In this document: one piece after another, positions 14,446 to 28,511 of the stretch
How positions within the stretch are numbered: position 1 is the first letter of the stretch
Layout: every line of letters begins with the position of its first letter
NCBI GenBank assembly: GCA_964016885.1
Contig: OZ024740.1
Location: 393,514,001 to 393,578,000, forward strand
DNA: 64,000 nucleotides
From: Eledone cirrhosa
Taxonomy: Eukaryota
Reading direction: 5' to 3'
Notes under the pieces: model-generated
What the model was told of the DNA's origin: nothing
The model's input: only the letters and a program-made list of their open reading frames with translations
Database searches by the model: none
Position numbers and translations under genes: made by a program

Positions 14446-16118
14446 AGAAAAAATATGAAGCTAACAAAGTAGAAAGATAAAGATTATAGGTTAGCATAGA
14501 ATAAAGTAAGGTTAAGAAAATTGAGCTTAAACACAAAAATGAGACTAGATATAATAGCATGCTTGGGCACTCCATTTCCTATACATTTTTTAAGATCATG
14601 TCTTTGTATACTGATTGCAGATGATCTAGACAAAAACTAGTAGATTAGTGCCAACAGTATATTTCTTTTAATTGGTGCTGTTCTGTGTCAATACAAAAGG
14701 AGTTAAACCTTGCTAATGGAGTTCACCGGTAAATGGATACCAAGTAGAAATACAGTTTCTCACAATAGACAGTATGATTTCTCAATCCAAATAGAACCAA
14801 ACATCAACATTGTGTTTATCTTTACTCTATGTCACAATTCCAATGAAATATTAATGATTTCTATCGAAGGCATAAGACCAATTTCTGAATAGGATAAAAT
14901 ATAATATAATTGACTCAAATCTCACACATGACATTCACCCCACTGCCCTCTGTAGTGTAGTAAGGATTCTTCAATGATAACAAACTCTCTAGAGCAGGTG
15001 GTACAATAAATGTACCTCGGACAGCCACTATAGTGGTTGGTGATAGGAAGGGCACCTTACTCTATATGCTGAAAAGGCTGAGGGGACACTAAGTGTTTCA
15101 AGGGTGCATTAACCTATTTAGAACGGGTGATTTACATGATAAGTACACTCAGTAAAGCAGCTGGTCATAGAAATGGCATTCAGCCATTGAAAACTTGTCA
15201 AACAAAGGGTCAGAAGGACTTTTCAGCTGTGCTGGTGGCATGACATCACTAGTGTTGGTAATTAGCACAGTAGATGCAACTATTACACTCTAAAGTGGTT
15301 GGTGATAGGAAAGGCATCCAGCCATATCAAATCTACCAAACAAAGGGTCAGGAAGACTCTTCAGCTATTACAAAGGTATGGCATCTTCCCTAGTGTTGGT
15401 GCTGCGATAAACTGCATTCAGTAGAGTATGGGATTGAATGTTGGGCCTCTGGCTCACCAGGAAGTTAGAGACTGCCTGAATACTAACTAGTCTGTGACAA
15501 CTCCTCTAACCCTTGCTAGCAGGGAAAAAGGATGTTAAATGATGATGATGATGATGATGATAAGTAGGTGTGTGTGTGTGTGTGTGTGTACGTTTGCATG
15601 TGTATGTGTCTGGTTTCATGCATCTTCATATCAACAATGTCAAAACAAACTGACCTGTTTGTTTATCTCTCACATAAGCAATACATCCTACAGCTAAACA
15701 GTCCACTGAAAATAAGTGGTATATTCCATATTGATAATGTATGTGTTAACTGGCTATAGAAAAACTGCATCAAAATTTTCCATCCAACTCATGCCAGTAT
15801 GAACACAATACAAGAACAATGACAAGAATAATGACACTTGGAGTAATGGAAAGTGAAAATCCATCCGATATAAGATTGTGAATCAAAACAGTACGGTTCT
15901 AAACTAAATATTAATCAGTTCCACAAGCCACTAATAGGTTACACACAAGACGTGCTTTTTATGTAGTATATTAAAAGCATGTTAACTTAAAAGCACTTTT
16001 CCATGTTACATCAACAAGAGCAGTTGAATAGACATTGTAAACCAAAGAACAATTGTCATAACTTTGCAAGAGCTTCTCTTACTAACAACAGTGGTTAAAG
16101 TTAGTAGTTAAATATCTA

Positions 16119-16570
16119 CAGGGCTGATCAGTTCTCTGAAGACATATCTTTATATCTTTTTACAGCTCTAACCTTTTTTCTAACTTGTTTTTGGTATCAT
16201 TTCTTTTCAGATAAATGATGACACACATCAAGCTAATTTAGCAAATGAGAAGGTACGCTGTAATCACAGCCTTAAATGCAGAGCATAGTGATTTAGAAAT
16301 TGCTTGCTTTCTAAAAGTTGCATGGTCATTCATTGTCAAAGTTTGCAAAGAGCTGGAAGCCGTTGATAGGGATTCTATAGCAGTAGCCAAACATAAAACG
16401 TCTGTTAAGAGTCCTAATACTACCAGAAAATGCAAATTTGTACGAAATGTGCAGAAAACTATCGATAAGAACCCCAAAAAGTCAATTAACAATATTGCTA
16501 AGGAGCTCAAGATTTCAAGGCACACTATTCTACATCTGTTGAAACTTGCTTTGTTTATCAATTCACCCCC
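16119..16570 (+). mobile_element. Tc1/mariner remnant (N-terminal HTH of the transposase)
   Basis: Starts TA|CAGGG. ORF 16245-16574 reads RYAVITAL..SDLEIACFLKV...IDKNPKKSINNIAKELKISRHTI. No DDE domain. Confidence 0.65.
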
Positions 16571-17524
16571 ATAGACCTTGTTTGATTTTTTAAAAGTTTC
16601 ACATAAAATTTGATGGCATAACATTGCATCTTGCCATGTGTTGACAAATCGCACTGGGTCTTCCATGTATACAACTGCACTCCAGCCAAGGCAGATAGGA
16701 AGTTTCCAGTTAGTCACTTTATACATTACATGTAAGTCTACTTTACCATGAAATAGCATTCTCATTGAATGATATTTAATAGCTCTCCTGAAATATTTAC
16801 ATTATTTACTGAACACACCTAGTACATACCATTATTATTACGATTATTATGATTCATACACATAACATGTATTATACTACCTTAGGTTTCAAGGTATGGG
16901 TGTGGAAGGTATATGCAGACTGTATACAACAGTCCAGAATGCAAACTTAGAGTATGTGCCTATCATTGGCCATGAAGGCAAAACGGTGCTTAAAAGATAT
17001 TGAAAATTTAAACCACCTAGAACCATTTTATCTCCTCTGATAAGACAAAGAACCTATATGAGATTTCCTTCACACTAAATGATAGGTAAGGACCATGGGT
17101 CTGCATTCTGCACCATCGTGCTCTGACTGCTGATGCTTTCTGCACTTATACTTTGAAACCACTTAAACTTTGAAACATGTGTATATGATTCATAATAGAA
17201 ATAATAAATTGTTCTTATTACTAGATAGAACTCTTTTTTACTTTTTCTTGCATATGGACATTTTTGCTGCCTATACACATACATACACACAAAAATAAAT
17301 GAATTGAAAAATAAAATTTAGAGCTCACACACCTATACAGGTTTAGCTAGCTTTCTATGAGGTTGCATATCATTGACGGTTCCTTGGGCATTTTAATAAC
17401 AGCATGACTCTTATTATGAAGAGCAATGTAAAATGAAGAGTCATGCTCAAAAACACAACCTTTTTATCCTGAGTCCAATATTCTAAATGTTAGGCCACAT
17501 GCTTTCACTCTCTCACTCGCTCTG

Positions 17525-17608
<84 letters not shown>

Positions 17609-18113
17609 TTCATATATGCAGATGCACACTTAACCAGAATTATAGTGCAGCCTCCTTCAACAGGAAATGAACCATCAAAACTTCACCTGGTAGACTGACA
17701 CTTTGCTAAGATTGACAGCCTGTCAACTTCCACTAAAAAACTAAATATCATAAAGCATTTAGCCCAAAGCTAAAATGCCTCAACAACTTGACAAAACAAA
17801 TAACACACAAAACACACTTCTTGAATTTCTCATTGATTGCAAAGTCCTTCAAATTAAAAGGAAAAATACTACTAAAAGAAATAATGAACAAAAACATAGA
17901 TGCCAGACCAAGGCCCACTATCCCCAAAATTGTTCTGCTAGGAATAGCTCACATCCTGCACACGATATTATAGATGCAGTAGTACAGCTCCAATAGAAAA
18001 ATATTCACACACTACACACGCTACATAATAAGCACCTAATAAAATAAAACAGCACAACCTACACAACATATACCCAATAAAATGACACAACTTACATTAC
18101 ACATGCTATACAC

Positions 18114-18411
18114 CAGAGGTCCCCAACCACCACGCCATAAACTGGTACCGGTCTGTGGATCATTTGCTACCAGGCCGCAAAGAAATAATTAACTTGTTTA
18201 AAATTATATAATAGATAAATGGAATATTAACTTTAATTTAAAAAGATTTGTTTAAATATTCAATATTCATCTACTTTAATAAATTGCTTTTTTTATTATT
18301 GCTCTCTTTATTGAAATGCACTTAAATAATGCATATGTGAAACTATCAGTTCGCGGAATGATTGTCTGATATTAAGCCGGTCTATGGTATAAAAAAGGGT
18401 GGAAACCACTG
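18114..18411. mobile_element. hAT-type MITE
   Basis: Ends CAGAGGTCCCCAACC ... GGGTGGAAACCACTG, with a perfect 8-bp TSD CTATACAC (18106-18113, 18412-18419). Confidence 0.85.
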
Positions 18412-19229
18412 CTATACACAATGGAACAAATACAAGAAAGCTAACCCTCATAAGAAAGCAAGAATGATGTAATACACTAACAGGAGGAGTCTATACTCCC
18501 CCAACACCCACTCAAATAAGAACAATTCTGTACACACCTTTAGAACACCAAGATGCACCAGGTGATGTAGTAGAAATTTACATGAAACTACCACAGGAAA
18601 AATAATAATAATAAAAGAATTAAAAAAATTTAAAGAAAGAGGTCTTTCTATACTCTTATTTCAAACTAAAATAATCAACTTGTCCATTTCAATTCAACAT
18701 AAATTACAAAGCAAACTCATTAATGAAATAAATCTGATCTAAATTGCTCATGTCATAATTGCTAAATTGTAACAAAACATTTCTGATTGAGAAATATTTT
18801 TTAATTTCTTAAGATATGAAATATATTGATTTTTTTTTTTTTTTACTGATATGTACACTTCTGAAATAATTAATTTCCAATCTATTATTAAATGTTTCTG
18901 CACCATTTGTTTAAGTAATATGTCTCAAGTGTAAGACAAAGTGTGACAAGATATATTTTAAATAAACCCAGTGAATACCAAACATAACAACAACTACTCA
19001 TGTGAAGAGTCTATCAGATTAGTTTCATGGGTCATTAGTTCAAATCTTCTGGCAGGTGATGTTTTGCTGTTGACTTAATTATACTGTGCCTCAGTAAAGC
19101 TAACTAAAAAAAAGTTATGAGCAAAGTTAATTAGGAAAATTAGCAGCAACAAAAACATATCTATATTCCACATCTTTTCCTTGTTCTTAATACATCTATC
19201 ATTTCCTTGCATTGTCAATCAATGTCTCT

Positions 19230-19885
19230 TCTTTGCATTTTCTACACTCGTACTATGCATTCTCTGTTCTTATATTCTGCATTTTCTCAACCGTTATTAT
19301 ACATCTTCTACACTTGTACTCTACATTTCCTACACCTATACTCTACATCAGTGCTTCTCAAACTATCTGATGTGGCGGACCGGCATTTTTTTTTCAATGT
19401 GCCACGTACCGCTAATATTTCGTAGTAATATTAATTTATACCAGAAACGATATTTATAATGAATATAATAATAGTTGACCATTTTTTTATCTTCTATTTA
19501 TTTTGTAAACAAATAATACAATATCAAAACATAAAAAAGTAATAAAAAAAATTCCTCAAATGATATCTTAGCATGGTCTGGACACTGGCCGTGTACCGGT
19601 AGCTCATGGCTCATGTACCGGCACCGGTTCACGGACCACCACTTTGAGTAGCACTGCTCTACATTATCTACACCTATACTCTACATTTTCTACACTTGTA
19701 CTCTACATTATCTACACCTATACTCTACATTTCCTACACCTATACTCTACATTTTCTACACTTGTACTCTACATTTCCTACACCTATACTCTACATTATC
19801 TACACTTATACTCTACATTTTCCACACCAGTACTTTACATTTTTTACACCTGTAATTTACATTTTCTAGACTTGCATTCTGCATT
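19230..19885. repeat. 22-bp minisatellite (ctctacatt[at]tctacac[ct]t[ag]ta)n split by a hAT MITE
   Basis: Tandem 22-bp units on both sides of the MITE, most homogeneous at 19657-19830. Confidence 0.85.
19349..19656. mobile_element. hAT-type MITE inserted in a minisatellite
   Basis: Ends CAGTGCTTCTCAAA ... TTTGAGTAGCACTG, with 8-bp TSD CTCTACAT (19341-19348, 19657-19664). Confidence 0.88.
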
Positions 19886-20156
19886 ATTCTGTATCTATAT
19901 TCAGTATTTTCAAAATACATTTTCTATGATTTTTCAAAATTGATATTTGTTTTTTAAATTCAGGATGATGCAGAGAGTTTCCCCAAGATCATCATTGTTC
20001 AAGTCCACCACCAGTCCTAGGGCTGTGAACATCTGACAGCATTCCAGATGCCAGACACCCAGTCCCAGTTTTTCCATGACCCAATGTTGCAGCTCAGTCA
20101 AAGCGATGAGTTGCACAAACATGCACCTGATAAAGGGTGATCACACCTGCTCACGT

Positions 20157-20337
20157 GTATCGGTAGAGGGTCGGACGCCATGCTTTCCAGCATAGTTACG
20201 TCCCTTTACGATCTGAGTTCAAATCCCGCCGAGGTTGACTTTACCTTTCATCCTTACGGGGTCGATAAAATAAAGTACCAGTAATGCACTGGGTATTTGC
20301 TGGCCTTGTGCCTAAAGTAGAAACAATTATTATTACC
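20157..20337 (+). mobile_element. SINE family A copy
   Basis: Near identical to 10470-10648. Confidence 0.85.
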
Positions 20338-20589
20338 ATCATCATCATTGTTATTAATTTGGTTATAGTGGAGCCTTGTCCTGTAATTTAAATTGTTTTC
20401 TTTAAATTTATGTTCAAATTGTAATGGGGTTTGTTAATTTTCAGGTTCCTGGGGAAGTGGGGTTGATAAAATAAGTACCAGACACAGAGTGGTTGTTTTT
20501 TTTGTAACATTCAAATGACTATCTTTTCCCCTTTAAAAATATGTCTGATGTGCTTAGACAAGTCAATAATATCATCATAACAGCCACAG

Positions 20590-22370
20590 TCAAACATTCC
20601 TAATAAAGTCTCCCCACAAGTCATGGTTTTTCATTGTTCCTGGCAACTGCTCCCTGCTGAGGTTTCTATCATCTGAAAGTTGATCGATGAAGGTTCAAGC
20701 AGGTCTTCCTTTAATGCATCTCCCGTGAGTTAGTTTCTGGAATAGTGTATAATAGTATATAGTATATAATAGTGTATAACTTCCTACAATGTCCAGCAAA
20801 TTATAACTGTCTTTGAGCAATTGTAGTTATTATTTTGGGCAAGTTTCTGTATAAACTTTCATTTGTAATATGTTAACACCAGTTTATATTTTGTACAACC
20901 ATAAACATTTTAATATTGGCACCATCTAGTTTTTTCTTAAGTGCTTGTATCATGGTCCATGTACCTGATTCCAAATAATGATATTTTGGTTTTTCTGTGT
21001 AGATCTGACTTCCACATCCTTTCCATTGCAGCGCAGACTTTGGACATTCTGATGTCAATTTCCTCTTTTGATGAACTCATCAAGCTGCCCAAATATAGAA
21101 AATCATCAACTTGATTTAGTATTCCGACATCTAGTGTGGCAAGATTTCCATCTTCTCGGTTTAGTGACATATTTTCTGTCTTGGTAACATTTATGTATAG
21201 AACAATTTTCCTGGCAGAGAATTCGACTTTATGAAGATGTTCTTGAACTTGATCAATGATATTTGATAAAAGAACTATGTCATCAGTAAAATTTGTATCC
21301 CATATAACAGTTAGTGGGTTTTACTTACTTGTATCAATGTAAAGCTGAGATCTTGTTCATTAACAATGGCTTCCCTCATGGTATAGTACAGAGTGATTAT
21401 GAAAAGATATGGTGCCAATGTGTCACCTTAAAGGACACCCACTAAGATTTTTAAAAATATCGGTATCATCATCAGGAGAGAGAACTTGAGCATCCATGTT
21501 TATGTAGAGTATATTTATAGCAGACACTATTGCATCAGGTATGCCATATGCAACTAGGACTGACAGAAGATTTCCTCTATGGATGAAGTCAAAACTTTTT
21601 GAAGTCAATGAAAGTAAGTTCTTTGATCTGTCACTTTCTGCAGTGTCAATATTTGTGAAACAGTCAATCTATTCTGTCTGAAACTATTTAAATTTATTCT
21701 GTGTTTCGGGTTTAGATGTGGTTTTATTTTGTTTAGTAGCATTCTGTTGTAGATTTAAACTGCATCTTCTCTTCAGCAAATTGTGCTTTTGGGCTTAAAA
21801 TCATGCTTCTCCTCCAATAGTTGAATTGTTTTGAGCTGAATTAGACAAAAGTTTCCAGCCTTTTCTTAAATTATTATATTTGATTATATCATCCAGATGG
21901 TAATAATGATGTTCTACACATGTAACTTCAAGCTTGTAGTGTTTGCAGAATGCTGTAAGTTCATTTATTCTCCTAGTGTTTATAAATTTCTTACAATTCA
22001 GTAGGAATCCTGTAACCGACTTTTCAACCCTAATCTGGTTATCTATCAGGGGACACACTTCTTGATACCTGTGCTATGAGCAATGTGGTATGGGGAATTA
22101 TGTGGTTGTTCTGTCATGGTTTGTGTTTTAGTTGCTAATTTGAACAGGGGCACAACAATAGAGTGTGTGTGTGCCTATCCATTGTCAAAACAGATGATCA
22201 TCTACACAACCACAATGTCTGTTATGCCAATACAATAGTTTGCCATTGTCTGCCAGTTTGAACTACAGTACACCCACAGGAAATATACAGGTTTTTGAAG
22301 GTTGACTCCTTTTTGTCATATCCCTGACAGGGGTGGCAGAACAGGTACTTGTGAAAGGGCATCCCATAAC
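20590..22370 (-). mobile_element. Degenerate RTE-like LINE (APE and RT pieces)
   Basis: ORFs 21801-22058 (APE N-terminus), 21423-21608 (KSFDFIHR..AYGIP), 20937-21170 (QVDDFLYLGS) and 20873-21058. Confidence 0.7.
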
Positions 22371-24019
22371 TATGTATAATGATAGTTCACTACACACTTT
22401 AACTGCCCAGAAAAAAAAATTCCTTCATAAGTGTCTTAAATTTACTAATTTTCTATTTGGTGAGTCATAATTTCTGCACCAATTTTCACTATTTGGGATT
22501 GCTTTGTTGTAAATCCAAGTCATTTTCCCATTCTATACTTTATTTCTAAAGGTTAGTGTAAAAATAAATGTGTTACTTGTCATCTGATACTAAGACCCTA
22601 ATGTAGATTTTAACTCAAGATTTCTAGATTCCTATCTTTCATAGTGTCAGAAACAAGGGTTAGCTTGCTGTAGCAGTCACTGTCAAGCAGTGGGGGAACC
22701 TATTGGTCAAGTATATAGCTAGATATGAGTACACCAACCCATTATATATACTACCACACACAGATATATAAAAACACTAATACACACATATATAAACACA
22801 CACTGTCCAACCCATTAAAAAAAAAACAGTGTGTGTGGGGGAAGTGGTCAAATATACTATATTTGACCACTTAACTATATATAGATGAGTCTACACATTT
22901 ATATATATCAGTACACACATATACTTGAATGCGTTATTCCTGTATGTGCTAGAAGCAGCAGTCAGATCTCCATTAAAACACACAAAAGCTCTAAAAAAAT
23001 TGATAAGTTCAGTAGAGTTAATGTTCATTGAACTATCAATCTGAGATAAGTTACAAATAGATGTATTATACTTTAAAGTCTCTCCCACTGAAACAATTAC
23101 CTTAGATTCCTTGGGTCATATCTTACACCAACACAATACAATTTGCAATTGTATAGACATACATTAGATACATGCTTATTGTATGTTACCTGTGATAGTT
23201 TTATCTCAAAGAAAGTTGTTACTGAGCAGTCCAAAGATCAAATACAATTTATTTATCTTTTGAGAGAAGCTACTATTGCAAATTTATGTTGTTTTTATAG
23301 TGTTATATATCTATAAACATTTGGTCAAACGTCCATCGGTGTGAATGTAGTGGTATGTTTAGGTTCAGACAATATGTTGATAGCTTTCCTTGCTCATTAA
23401 TCGTAAGACTTCAAACAGTGTATTTGTGATAGAGTGTCTTTGCTCTGTAGCTATAAGTATCTCTGTCATTGCATGGTATTAGGAATGTGTGTACAAGATA
23501 ATAATAATACTAATAATAATAATAACAACAATAATAATAACAACAACAGTTACTATCATCCCCATTATGGTGTGAGAAAATTTGAAGCACTTAACATTTA
23601 TTCCCTAATTACAATGATTGGTGTGGGCTGCATGAACGCTGCTGCACTATGACCTTTCAGATAATTTAGACATTTACATCTCATCACAAGTGACATTCAC
23701 TACACTGTTGTTGTTGTTTCCAGGGAATCTATTCTCTCAGAAATTTAGCTATTTTCACTGTAGTTGTTATTGCTGTTTTAATTCCTGATCTTCTCATTAT
23801 ATTGACATCCAATTTTTCTCCTGATGTATTAATGTCAAACTAATTCTGGTGTGATCTTATTAGGCACCTTAAACTCCTGCCTAAGAATGATCAAGGTGAA
23901 TTGGCATTAAGGAGATATTGAATTCTGATACGAATGGGTCACCATAAATTAAGTATGTGCCCTATCTTTCCATCCTCAGGGGGTATACCTCCAAATGCCC
24001 TTTTAATTATCCTCTTATA

Positions 24020-24410
24020 CTACAGGGAAACAAAAGTGCACATCACATCTACACACAAAAATGGTACACGTATCATTCAGATGCAGTAACAGGAGGCAAG
24101 AATGTGAAAATCCTATGTGATTTTCTTGTAAACACTGACAAAATGATTAAGGTCAATAGACCTGATACAATTGTGAAGGACTGTAAAAAGAAAACATGTT
24201 TTTTAACTGAGACATATCATGAATGTGGGGCTTTCCAGCTACAAAAGTGAAAGTCATGCTGGTTGGGATCAGCATGATTAGGTTCAAACTCCCCCAGACT
24301 ATTAGACTACATCAAACAATTGGACATCAGGACAGACATTTGAGTAATCCAAAAATCTCCCTTCCTTGGATCAGCTCCTATTCTTAGAGAAGTATTTTCT
24401 GTTTGAGGCT
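24020..24410 (+). mobile_element. RLE-type (R4/NeSL-like) non-LTR 3' fragment
   Basis: WY..NVKILCDFLVNTDKMIKVNRPDTIVKD..TCFL (RPD endonuclease motif), then IQKSPFLGSAPILREVF. Confidence 0.7.
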
Positions 24411-25370
24411 TTGTGTTAAGATTTAACAAGTTGAAGAAAAAAAAAACTGTTAGATCTTGTATGTAAAGAGCAGGATCAAATGTTGCAAAGCATTTTATCT
24501 GACATTCTGACTTTGCTATCTACCAACTGCAACTATTAACTAATAATGATGATTTTTTTTTCATTTATTTGATAAAATCCCTCATGAAAAGAGAAGCTGT
24601 AATCAATTATAAGGATTCCATTTTTACACCTAACAAATCAATTCTAGCAGACATTAATGACAAAAAAAAAAAACAATAACAAATAAATGTAGATGTAAAA
24701 TAAATACTATTTTTCAATTAATATGAAAATTCAGTATAGTAGACTTATATGCCTGGCTAAAGGAAAAAAATTAATAACAATGTCCTAAACCTTGCATGTG
24801 TAACCCAATGTTAGATCATGTTAAGACAGTAAAGGCATAACAAAAATAAAACCGGTATAAAAATATGACATGAAGGTAAAAAAAACAAAAAATTCAGAAA
24901 TATTTTTGGCCCACAGAACAGTGAAACTCCAGATAAATTTTAACAGCTTCACTGGTTCTTAAGTAAAAACCCTCCATAGGTTTTTGAGCAATGCTTGGAC
25001 TTGTTCATTGCTTTTTATCCTTTATATCTATTTCCCCAAAATTTGCACATGTGGGATATAGTTGTTTAGCGCCAGGACAATAAGACATTCTGGCTGTAAC
25101 CATCCTGTGTTTATTGGTTCAAATATACTGTTTGTAAGGCTAGATTATTGAATGTGAATATCCTTTTTTAATACAATACAGGATATTTCACAACTATTTG
25201 TTATTGAGAGTAATTTCACAACTATTTCTAATTGAGGGTAATTTCACTATTTCTAGCAGTTTGAACAACCACAATGACACTCCCCACTTCTCTCATAGGC
25301 AAGCTCAATCAACTTTAGTGCCCCTGCTGATATGAATATTAATAAAATAGAAATGTTATAAACCACTTAC

Positions 25371-25436
25371 CTCTCCATATTTCACTGGTTGGATGTATTT
25401 ACGGTAGACACTCATGCGATAGAGGGTTTCAATAGC
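25371..25436 (-). CDS. TMEM135: Internal coding exon (66 bp, phase 0/0) of a TMEM135-like gene
   Basis: Minus strand reads cttgtttcttttcAG|GCTATTGAA...TATGGAGAG|GTaagt, with a strong acceptor and donor. It translates to AIETLYRMSVYRKYIQPVKYGE, which resembles vertebrate TMEM135 [22 protein letters not shown] as I recall it (not searched). No neighbouring exons were identified. Confidence 0.7.
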
Positions 25437-25549
25437 CTGAAAAGAAACAAGTAATTATTTGGTTTATTTCATAATAATGATTGTAATAATATATAAAATG
25501 GTTATGCTGATATAACCAGTTGTGATTTATTGAATTCCCACCAGTATAC

Positions 25550-25720
25550 AACTGGTATAAGTTATCAGATCGTTAGATAGAATGCTTTGCAGTCTTTGTT
25601 ATGGCTCTCTGTACTCTGAGTTCAAATCCTGCCGAGGTCAACTTTGCCTTTGATCCTTTTCAGTTGATAAATAAGGTACTAGTTCAGTGCTGGGTCGATT
25701 ATTCAACTTTCTATCTCTCT
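25550..25720 (+). mobile_element. SINE family A copy (diverged)
   Basis: ctgagttcaaatcctgccgaggtcaactttgcctttgatcc. Confidence 0.65.
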
Positions 25721-27255
25721 TACTTTCTCTCCAGAAGAAATTGGCTGCCTTAAGACCTAGAGAGGGAAGGTCTCTACTAAACTTAAATATCAAAGACACA
25801 GTGTCTGATGACAACACCCCTAAAACACCAAAAGAAATTTTAGGTTAAGGAAGGGAAAGACTGGTATACTTATGTTAACAGCCAAGGAAGAGAATGGAAT
25901 ACTCGCACATGCACACACACACAAAACATTTATTGAAGTGATGAGATTACTATTTGTTACTATTCAGTTACTGTTTGCATTAGCATACAACTGTATTATG
26001 ATGCATAAGACATTGTATTTAGAACAGAAATAAGTGTTTTAAAAAAATGCTCATTGTTTAATGTTTGCGTTCCCAGCTAGCAAGGGCTAAACGAGTCATC
26101 AATAGATCAGGTTGGTACTTAAAGTACAGGTACTGACCCCATGATGGGCCAGGAGCCTGCATCTTGCTTACATATGTACCTGCACTCAGACGGGTCGGTG
26201 GCATGCAGATCGTTTACATTTGATCCTGCACAATACAGAGTGCATTTTATCATGACACTAGGATTAGGGAGAATGTCATATCATTGACATAGCTGAGAAG
26301 TCTTCCCAACCCTTTCTTTGGTAGGTTTTCTAGTTTCAATGCCCTTCCTACCACCAACTACTTTATGGAGTGTACTGAGTGTGTTTATTGTATAGGGAAG
26401 TTAGCTCCGACCCTTTCCTTGGCCAGTTTTCCACTGTTTGTTGCCCTTCCTATCAACAAACACTTTACAGAGTATACTGGGTGTGTTTATCATTTATAAC
26501 ACCAACATTAGTTACATGATCACACTATTTGCAAACCTCTGATTAATAATCATTTCTAACATTGACACAAGGCTAGTAATTTGGGGGAAGGGAAAGTTAT
26601 TTATATCAACCCTAGTACTTAACTGGTACTATATTTTATCAATCCTGGAAAGGCAAATTTGACATCAGCAGAATTTGAACTGAGAATGTACATACAAACA
26701 TATGCATACAAAAGTACATATAAATTAAGATATAGTTGATATACAAGGTCAGAGTGAAATAGTGGACTGCATTCCCAAACATTTTGGGATCACAAAACTA
26801 TTTTTTAAAAACATGAAAAAAAAAATTGAAAAATTGAAAAGGCAAAACATGAGCAGGATAAAAAACAAATCATATTTAACACAGTACAAAAAAGAAATAG
26901 AACCAAGGGAATGGTGATTAACCACTGCCACCACATCCATCAGCACCACCACCATTTCCACTACTGTCTCCACTACCACCATCATCATGCAGGCTGCAGA
27001 ACAAGGCTATAAATATGTGTCTAATTTTGTTATTGCTTCTGTTATGTTAATCTCACTAATTGATGGATTAGAGCATTAGTGGAGTCTGCTTTGCTCTGGT
27101 TATAACCTTTCCCAGATGCTTGGACTGGGGACCCTGAAAAGTAGTGTAGTTAGGCAGCTTTTTAAAGCTTCAAATAAAACTGCTGTTATATTTCTGAGTT
27201 CCAATTTTTTTTGTGAGAATGGCAGTTATATAATTTTCATCCTTTAAAACTTTAG

Positions 27256-27506
27256 CCCCTCTGATACCAATACACCTGAAATTGCTCTTGGCTCTACAAT
27301 ACAAAACTGTTTGATTTAAAGTGTTTATATTTATGTGAAAACATACTATCATCATTTTAAGTAAGAATCTTTGTTAAGTTATGTGCCAAACACAACCTGA
27401 TAATAAGAAAGTTAATTATAATATTAAACCCTGCCAAATTCTTGATTATTTTAAAAACAATTTGAAGATTACAGTTGGTGTCTTTCATAAGAAATATAGT
27501 TACAGC
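27256..27506. mobile_element. Diverged copy of the 9711 TTAA MITE
   Basis: cccctctgataccaatacacctgaaattgc..caaaactgttt..aagttatgtgccaaacac parallels 9711-9962. Confidence 0.5.
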
Positions 27507-28511
27507 TTAAATATACTATTGTTGCTGTAGTGCTGTATAGATTCCTGATATGAGAGAATGAATGAATAAAAAAGTTTGAGTATTTGAAAATACAGCCCAT
27601 TTGTCTGTATTGTTCTTTCTGGTAGGTCAAATTTTAAGGAAAATAACAATGACAGCAATCTTATCAATTTTGAAGAGCTTGTGAAGGCTATGGCACTGCA
27701 ACTTTCTCCATACCAGAAAAGTGAGAATAAAAAAAAGAAAAAAGACCTAAATTCTTGTGCACACACACACACATACATATATACGATGTATTTTTGACAT
27801 TGCTGATACAAAGAGACATAAGGTATGATGGTGTTGCCTTGTAATTGATGACTTTCTACAACCCTTGAACTACGGCCCTGTCATTAAGTTTATTTTTCAT
27901 TCATATATCACTACCGTCAGTAGGGGTCGAAACGCCCCAAGTCCACCTCAAAAGCCAATGACCATGGAGTTCTGTGTCCTTCATTTGTATTTTTATTTTG
28001 AAAAAATAATTTTTTAAGGTTTCCCCTTAAAAAATTGTTTTTCATTTTGTCTTGTTTCCATTTATTGTCTTGACCTCTCTTTGAGAGAGAGAGAGAGAGA
28101 GAGAGAGAGTGAGAGAGTGAGAGAGAGAGAGAGAGTGAGAGAGAGAGAGAAAGTGTGTGTGTGTGAGCGTGTGTAAAAGCATGTGGTCTAGTGGTTAGGA
28201 TGTAAGACTCATGGCCATTAGTTTGTGGTTTTGGTTCCTAGACTGGGCACTGTGTGCGTCTCCTTCAGCAAGATACTTTATTTCACGTTGCTCCTTTTAC
28301 CAGCAGATATTATCAGCAATGATAAAACTAATAATAGAAAGGATGAAATTGATCTGAAAATAGGTTTCATCCTACCAACATTTACAAACACACACACACA
28401 AATAAATATATATATATATATATATATATGTAGTCTAGGACTAGCTTCAAAATGGCAAGAGCTCAGCCGTTGGACCCCGACTTTTTCTTTTATATATATA
28501 TATATATATAT

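Noticed and set aside
18550-18600. Decayed hammerhead-like string (..tgatgtagtagaaatttacatgaaactacc..)
   Set aside because: The core is too degenerate to distinguish from chance.
22925-22990. Possible minus-strand exon (AFVCFNGDLTAASSTYRNNAF)
   Set aside because: Weak donor (GTATAT) and no recognisable homology.
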